Assembly (NCBI RefSeq): GCF_006345805.1
Contig: NC_043014.1
Coordinates: 28,148,001-28,212,000 of the forward strand
Length of the DNA stretch: 64,000 nt
Source of the DNA: Octopus sinensis
Taxonomy: Eukaryota
Reading direction: 5' to 3'
Position numbers and translations under genes: made by a program. How positions within the stretch are numbered: the first letter of the stretch is position 1; every line of letters begins with the position of its first letter. Shown here piece by piece: positions 58,122 to 64,000 of this stretch. The notes under the pieces were generated by a model. The model saw only the letters and a list, made by a program, of their open reading frames with translations. It made no database searches and had not been told where the DNA came from.

Positions 58122-60871
58122 AGGCGCTATTGGAGACGCTGCCATTGATTGACATGGAGGCCGAGGGGGAGACGTTCAAGGCCCTTGTGGATATGGGCTG
58201 TACGACCACCCTGATGACTTCGAGGGTGACGAAGGAATGGAACGGGGTGAGTAGTGTCCGGGCGGTCGATGGCAGCGAAATCTGTTGCAGAGGCAGCAGC
58301 AAGGTAGAGATAGTGGTGCGCGGCGCGACGCTAAGGCTGCAGGCAATTGTGGCCGAACGCGTGATAGATGGAGTTGATGTGGTGATGGAGATGGACGCCA
58401 TCAACTGCCTCGGTGGCGTCAGTGTTGTGGGAAATGAGGTCACGTTCGGAAGCGTGGGGGCGTCGTGCACTGCGAGTCAGGATCGCCAGAGAGAGCAGAG
58501 CCCTGCGAGGGACTGCGCCGCTTACACCATCGAGGACAAAGACTTTCAGGCGGCGTTCGATGGTCGGCGGTGGACGATAGAGTGGCGATGGAAGGACGAG
58601 CCCCCGACGCTGGAGAACAGGGTGAGCTGTTACCAGCATACCCTGAAAGGCCATGCCAGGGTCGAGTTTGAAGACGAGGTGGAGAGGTGGATCGAGGAAG
58701 GGGTCCTTGTCCCTTGGAAGGAGGAGGTAGCGGGCGGAGTGCTACCCCTGATGGCGGTGGTGCAGCCTACGAAGGGAAAAGTCAGACCGGTGCTGGACTT
58801 CAGGGAGCTAAACCAGCACATATCATGTCACACGGGAGGTGAGGCGACAGACGCTTGTGGTGAGGCATTACGTAAGTGGAGACAGTCGACTGAGGCAGCG
58901 ACGATTGTCGACTTGAGATCGGCATACTTGCAGCTCCATGTGAGCGACAAACTGTGGCGATATCAGCTGGTGCGGTACAAGGGCCGGACATACTGTCTAA
59001 CCAGGCTGGGTTTCGGGCTGAATTCCGCTCCGAAGATCATGGCAGCAGTGCTTAGGTCCGTCCTAGGGAAAGACGGCAAGATTAGAAAGGCCACCAGCTC
59101 CTACATTGACGACATTTTGGTGGACAAAACTGTAGTGCCAGCCAACGAGGTAGTTAGACATCTGGAGAAGTTCGGACTGATTGCTAAGCCACCGGAGTCG
59201 ATTGAAGGGGGAGCCGGGCTGGGGCTGAAGCTGCGAAGAGATGGATCAGGTGAATCGGTGTTCTGGAGAGGAAATGAAATCCCAGAGCTGAGTTCCAGCG
59301 TCAGCAGGAGAGAGCTGTTCTCGGTGTGTGGGAAGTTGGTCGGTCACTACCCGATCGCTGGATGGCTGCGCACGGCGTGTAGTTACACCAAGAGACGAGC
59401 AGAAGGAGAGAGGTGGGGCGACAAGGTGGGAGAAGGGATGGTGGCGATGATGCAGGAGATCCTGGAGAGGACAAGAGCGGAAGACCCGGTCAGTGGGAAC
59501 TGGTACGTGCCCAAGACGAAATGCGGGACCGTCTGGTGTGATGCTAGCAGTATAGCGATAGGGGTGGTGTTGGCAATCGAAGGCACTGCGGTGGAGGATG
59601 CGGCCTGGCTTCGGAAAGCAGATGATTTCAACCACATCAATGTCGCCGAATTAGACGCGCTGCTGAAAGGGGTGAACTTGGCCTTGAAATGGGGGCTGCG
59701 CACGATTGAAATGCGGACGGATTCGGCCACTGTGCTTGGCTGGGTAGGATCGGTGATCACCGGTGACAGGAGAGTGCGGACGAAAGGTGCTGCGGAGATG
59801 TTAGTGAAGCGCCGTCTAGGAGTTCTAGGTGAATTGATCGCCGAATTCGGACTGAAGCTGAACGTGGTTTTCGTGCCTTCGGAGAAAAACAGGGCGGACG
59901 TACTGACCAGGGTGAAAAGGGCGTGGTTGGAAGAACCGGAGGAGGCCCGGAAAGGGATAGCTGCGGCGTGTCGGTTGGATGACTCTGAACTGAAGAAACT
60001 GCACGCTATGCATCACCTGGGTGTGGACAGGACCCTGTATCTGGCAAAAAAAATTGATGCTGACGTCACTAGGAGAAGCGTCCGGAAGGTGGTCGGGAGC
60101 TGCGACAGGTGTCAGTCCATCGACCCTGCTCCATGTGGGCATGAACAGGGAAGCCTTTCCGTGGAGCAGAACTGGAAAAGGCTAGCTGTGGATGTGACAC
60201 ACTACCGTCAGCGAATGTACTTCTCCATGGTCGACTGTGGGCCGGGCCGGCTGGCCATTTGGAGGAGGTTGAGATCGGGCATTGCTGACGAGATCGTGCA
60301 GATCCTGAACGGGATATTTTTAGAGAGAGGTCCCGTGGAAGAACTACTGATGGACAACGGGGCGGCGTTTCATTCGGAAGCATTGAGGGTTATGCTTGAT
60401 TGGTGGAACGTGCGACGCTTGTTCAGAGCAGCGTATAGGCCGGGTGGTAACGAGATCGTGGAGAGGCACCATCGGACAGTCAAGGCCATAGCGGAAAGAG
60501 GGCACATTTCGCCGCTTGAAGCAGTCTTTTGGTACAACTTGTCTCCCCGATCCGGACAAGCTGAGGAATCTGTGCCGCAGAGAGCTGTGTTCAAATATGA
60601 ATGGAGGCACCCGAGCAAAGCGCCGGAGGGTCACGAGGAAGAGAAGGGACCCGTTCGCGTGAAAATAGTGGAGGAAGTCTGGGTCAAGCCACCAAAGGCG
60701 CGCTGTACATCTCAATGGAGCAGAGAAACGGTGACGGCGATCAATTCCAGAAGCAACGTATCCGTAGATGGAACACCACGACACGTCTCGGACCTTCGCA
60801 GGATTGTTGCTTCGACGGACGATGATTCTGGAGAGGGGGAGAATGAGGAGCCCAGCTTGAAAAGATCTTGA
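58118..60871 (+). CDS. pol: pol polyprotein (protease, RT, RNase H, integrase), open for 913+ codons
   Basis: ALVDMGC (protease with T>M), YIDD at 59102, WCDASS / AELDA / RTDS / NRAD (RNase H), HAMHH..CDRC, integrase D (60191), D (60353) -x35- E (60461). Confidence 0.93.
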   Translation, partial: VEALLETLPLIDMEAEGETFKALVDMGCTTTLMTSRVTKEWNGVSSVRAVDGSEICCRGSSKVEIVVRGATLRLQAIVAERVIDGVDVVMEMDAINCLGGVSVVGNEVTFGSVGASCTASQDRQREQSPARDCAAYTIEDKDFQAAFDGRRWTIEWRWKDEPPTLENRVSCYQHTLKGHARVEFEDEVERWIEEGVLVPWKEEVAGGVLPLMAVVQPTKGKVRPVLDFRELNQHISCHTGGEATDACGEALRKWRQSTEAATIVDLRSAYLQLHVSDKLWRYQLVRYKGRTYCLTRLGFGLNSAPKIMAAVLRSVLGKDGKIRKATSSYIDDILVDKTVVPANEVVRHLEKFGLIAKPPESIEGGAGLGLKLRRDGSGESVFWRGNEIPELSSSVSRRELFSVCGKLVGHYPIAGWLRTACSYTKRRAEGERWGDKVGEGMVAMMQEILERTRAEDPVSGNWYVPKTKCGTVWCDASSIAIGVVLAIEGTAVEDAAWLRKADDFNHINVAELDALLKGVNLALKWGLRTIEMRTDSATVLGWVGSVITGDRRVRTKGAAEMLVKRRLGVLGELIAEFGLKLNVVFVPSEKNRADVLTRVKRAWLEEPEEARKGIAAACRLDDSELKKLHAMHHLGVDRTLYLAKKIDADVTRRSVRKVVGSCDRCQSIDPAPCGHEQGSLSVEQNWKRLAVDVTHYRQRMYFSMVDCGPGRLAIWRRLRSGIADEIVQILNGIFLERGPVEELLMDNGAAFHSEALRVMLDWWNVRRLFRAAYRPGGNEIVERHHRTVKAIAERGHISPLEAVFWYNLSPRSGQAEESVPQRAVFKYEWRHPSKAPEGHEEEKGPVRVKIVEEVWVKPPKARCTSQWSRETVTAINSRSNVSVDGTPRHVSDLRRIVASTDDDSGEGENEEPSLKRS

Positions 60872-60950
60872 CGAGCAAGGCGCTCTCCCGGTTGGATGGT
60901 AGACTACAACATGGAGCGGAGAGATTGTGATCTTTAAGATCAGGGTGGCG

Positions 60951-61226
60951 TGTGGGATGACGTCAGCAGCCGGGTGCGTTGACCGGAAGCGGGGCAAGCG
61001 GAAGGGGTCAGCTGTCAGGCGTGCGCAGGGAGCGGAAATCGCCTTTTCCAACGTGGGTCGTGCAGGTGACAAGACGTGCGAGGACGTCGCTAAGGGTTTG
61101 GGCTAGCAGCTGCTATCGTTAGTGTTCGGGTCGGGGCTGTGAGGAAGGACTAGTCATCTCTGGAGGGTCTCTGTCACTACGAAGAGAAGGTAGGTGCCTC
61201 TATATTCAAATCACGCACTCACTACA
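60951..61226 (+). repeat. 3' LTR (276 bp)
   Basis: tgtggga...cactaca; 5 substitutions vs the 5' LTR over 276 bp; preceded by a weak purine tract cagggtggcg. Confidence 0.96.
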
Positions 61227-61659
61227 AATTCCATTGAGCAGAAGACAGAATTGAAAAAAGTTTTGTGAAAATTCACAGAAATAAAAAAGTTACGAAGAGA
61301 TTTACATGTGCTTTGATCCAAACACTGCTCATTTGTGTGCAACTCATTCACTACTTGCTTTTTTTTTCCACAAAATTTCTTCAGATTTCTATGTTTTTGA
61401 TATAGGAGAAGATGATTTTATCCAAACATCATGTTTTCAAAATTTTAATTTGCCCCCTCCTCACCCCAATTTATTAATTTCTTTTTTCGAATTTTTTTGA
61501 TCCACATACAAAAATACAGAGATTATGAATCTGGGAAATTTTTTTTGTTTTCTAAATTTAGTTTTCTTAAAGAAACACTCGATGCTCCTTCTCCTACTTC
61601 ACCCACCCATCACCTGCTTTCAAAAAGCTAAAACCTCTAAATGTTTCACTTTTGTTTGA

Positions 61660-62633
61660 TGTTTCATGCATGCGTAGAATTTTACTGAAATAACAAACAC
61701 CAAAAACATCAGACCACCACCAGAAAACCCAACATGCAAGAAACAATAGTTAAACCACATGATTTCTGAAAAAAACTTCCCCACTTTCAAAAAGGCTAAA
61801 AGTGAGACAATCAGTTTTTAGCTTTCTGAAAGTGGGGAGGTAATGGGTGGAGGTTGGGGAAGGGGATTTGAGTGTTTCTTTAAAGGGTGGGGAGGCAGAG
61901 AGCAAATGTCACCTCCAACATGCTAGAAACAACAGCTAAATGACACGATTTCTGAAAATACTTCCTTTTAAGTTTATATTGAAGATCAGGTTTTTAAATA
62001 CACTCATCACATAAAAGAAGGTTATTTCAATTGAAGTTGAATTGTAATTTTGTGCATGCACACAGCAAGAAATAACATAATTTGCATTGAAGTATTACCT
62101 AGCTCAGCTTCAATTGAAATGACATTTTTTTATTTTGTAATTTGTGTTTGTGATGAGCATATTTAAAAACCTGTTTTTTTTAATATAAACTTAAAAGGAA
62201 GTTTTTTCAGAAATCGTGTCATTTAGTTGTTGTTTCTGGCATGTTTGTGCTCCCCACCACCATCACTTTTTTTCCCCAAAAATTTCTTTGGATTCCTATG
62301 TTTTCAACATAGGATTTTGCTCCAAAAACATGTCTTTAAAATTTTAATTTCCTCCCACCCCACCTCAAATTTTAAAAATCTTAAACTTTTTTCGAAATTT
62401 TTGTTTGCAATCCAGAAAGAAAAATACAGAGATTACAAATCTTTAAGAATTAAAAAAAAAAATTTTTTCTTCCCCACTTTCAAAAAGCTAAAAACTCCAA
62501 ATGTTTCACTGTCAGCATTTTTGAAAGCGGGGAAGTTTTTCAGAAATCATGTCATTTAGCTGTCGTTTCTAGCATGTCAGGTTTTCTAGTGGTGGTCTGA
62601 TATTTCAGTAGAATTCTATGCATGCATGAAACA
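61660..62633. repeat. Foldback-like nested palindrome
   Basis: Outer arms 61660-61798 / 62514-62633; inner arms 61916-62040 / 62104-62247; internal hairpins at ~61777-61850 and ~62468-62540. Confidence 0.85.
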
Positions 62634-62720
62634 ATTTCATAAAAGAGCCGTTCATAACCTCAGTGTGAAATAGTTTTTTCCATAGGTATTTTTTGAGTGA
62701 ATTCAACATATCGCACTCCC

Positions 62721-62839
62721 AAAGATTTGGCTGCTATTTCTAGCACACCCTGCTACCACGTAACAACTATTTGTGATAAAGGATCTGAAAAACCTGTTAC
62801 GTGGTAGCAGGGTGTGCAAGAAATAGCAGCCAAATCTTT
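62721..62839. repeat. 119-bp hairpin with 45-bp arms (1 mismatch)
   Basis: 62721-62765 vs 62795-62839, 29-nt spacer. Confidence 0.95.
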
Positions 62840-63475
62840 CCTTTTATAAGGAAAGGGCCGTTTATACATACTTCCGATGCCACATTCATTGAAAGCATGC
62901 AAAATAACCTGGAAAAGAAAACAAAACTCCATTGCTGGGAATCTCAGAGCTTCCTGGTGATCCAGGAAGTAACTATTACAGGTAATCTAGTTATCTATAT
63001 AATTGATAGCAAAGTTTGTATAAAATTAAACTAAATCCAGGATTAGTCACAGATCAATCTAGTAAAGTTTTAACAGTTTTGTGATAACATAGTGTCTCAA
63101 TACATTCTAATACACTCTCTCTTTGGAAGAGAAATTAATTTTTGACATGCTAAAACCCTTCATAACTTTTTTATTTTTAAGAACTTTCACAAAATTTTTT
63201 CGCTTGTTTTCTGCATAATGGAATTAATACAATTATCCCCCCAAAAAATAAAAAATTTATATTCCCACCTACTTCCTTAATTCCAAAACTTTCCACTCTT
63301 TATCAACTTTTTTTTTAAATTCTTGGATTTCACAATGGAATTAATACGATTATCCAATAAAATAATTAAAAAATATATATATTTTACTCCACACTCCCAA
63401 TTCCAAAACTTTCCACTATTGAGTCTTGTGTGTATGTGTAAGAGAAAACCATCTTAACATAATTTTCTGTTAGTC

Positions 63476-63830
63476 GCTGTGTGGTAAGTAGCTTGCTTAC
63501 CAACCACATAGTTCTGGGTTCATTCTCACTGCTTGGCACCTTGGGCAAATGTCTTCTACTATAGCTTCGGGCTAACCAAAGCCTTGTGAGTGGATTTGGT
63601 AGACAGAAACTGAAAGCCCGTCGTATATATGTATGTGTGTCTCTGTTCCCCCCCCACATCGCTTGACAACAGATGTTGGTGTGTTTACATCCCCGTAATT
63701 TAGCGGTTCGGCAAAAGAGAACGATAGAATAAGTACTAGGCTTTCAAAAAATAAGTCCTGGGGTCGATTTGCTCGACTAAGGGCGGTGCTCCAGCATGGC
63801 CGTAGTCAAATGACTGAAACAAGTAAAGAG
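63476..63830 (+). mobile_element. tRNA-derived SINE family C
   Basis: gctgtgtggtaagtagcttgcttacc...gggttcattctc...gactgaaacaagtaaagag. Confidence 0.9.
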
Positions 63831-64000
63831 TATGATCAAATGATTTTCTCTTACACAAACACAAAACAGTTTTGATTTTGAAGTATTTAAAAAATTATTT
63901 GGAAACTATAAAGAGAAACAAATGGCAGAATCAGACTGTCCGTATTTTAAACCCAACAACCCACCAAATCGAGAAACAGTGGAAAGTTTTAAAATTAAGG

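Larger units (their letters stand above)
57033..61226 (+). mobile_element. Full-length compact Ty3/Gypsy LTR retrotransposon (4194 bp), TSD AATTC
   Basis: TG...CA LTRs; aattc at 57028-57032 and 61227-61231; order gag (2 zinc knuckles)-PR-RT-RNaseH-IN. Confidence 0.97.

Noticed and set aside
57774-61072. Numerous antisense ORFs up to 242 aa in the LTR element
   Set aside because: Expected in GC-rich coding DNA with few stops; no recognisable motifs.

Overview
AT-rich animal genomic DNA. The interspersed repeat families look like octopus/coleoid cephalopod ones (inference from recall, no search run). (1) 3119-32619 (+) holds the last 18 coding exons of HYOU1 (GRP170/ORP150, ER Hsp70-family chaperone). 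All introns are GT-AG and the spliced frame is continuous: 2509 nt, 835 aa plus stop, ending NDGEL. About 150 N-terminal residues lie upstream of the window. (2) 1-~2600 (-) is a young CR1/L2-type LINE inside a HYOU1 intron. ORF1 is intact (PHD-like finger, polyQ linker, coiled coil, RRM-like region). A 386-codon ORF2 (APE endonuclease), missing from the ORF track, runs off the left edge and has no AUG before its catalytic motifs. It overlaps ORF1 in the -1 frame at a G_GGA_AAC slippery heptamer, with a perfect 15-bp hairpin 35 nt downstream. This is the best candidate for an undescribed mechanism. (3) 57033-61226 (+) is a complete, compact Ty3/Gypsy LTR retrotransposon with 5-bp TSD AATTC, LTRs about 98% identical, and a textbook G_GGA_AAC plus H-type pseudoknot, but three disabling lesions. 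(4) ~52490-54305 (-) is an intronless, heavily disabled ASTE1 (asteroid homolog 1) pseudogene. (5) The rest is dense repeat debris: RTE LINEs and their 3' UTRs, tRNA-derived SINEs, piggyBac-like and hAT MITEs, Tc1/mariner, Gypsy and I/Nimb remnants, a Helentron-like element, a decayed hammerhead-ribozyme-like motif, and several long inverted repeats, including a 196-bp 94% stem inside the HYOU1 pre-mRNA. No CRISPR array, rRNA or genuine tRNA gene was found.
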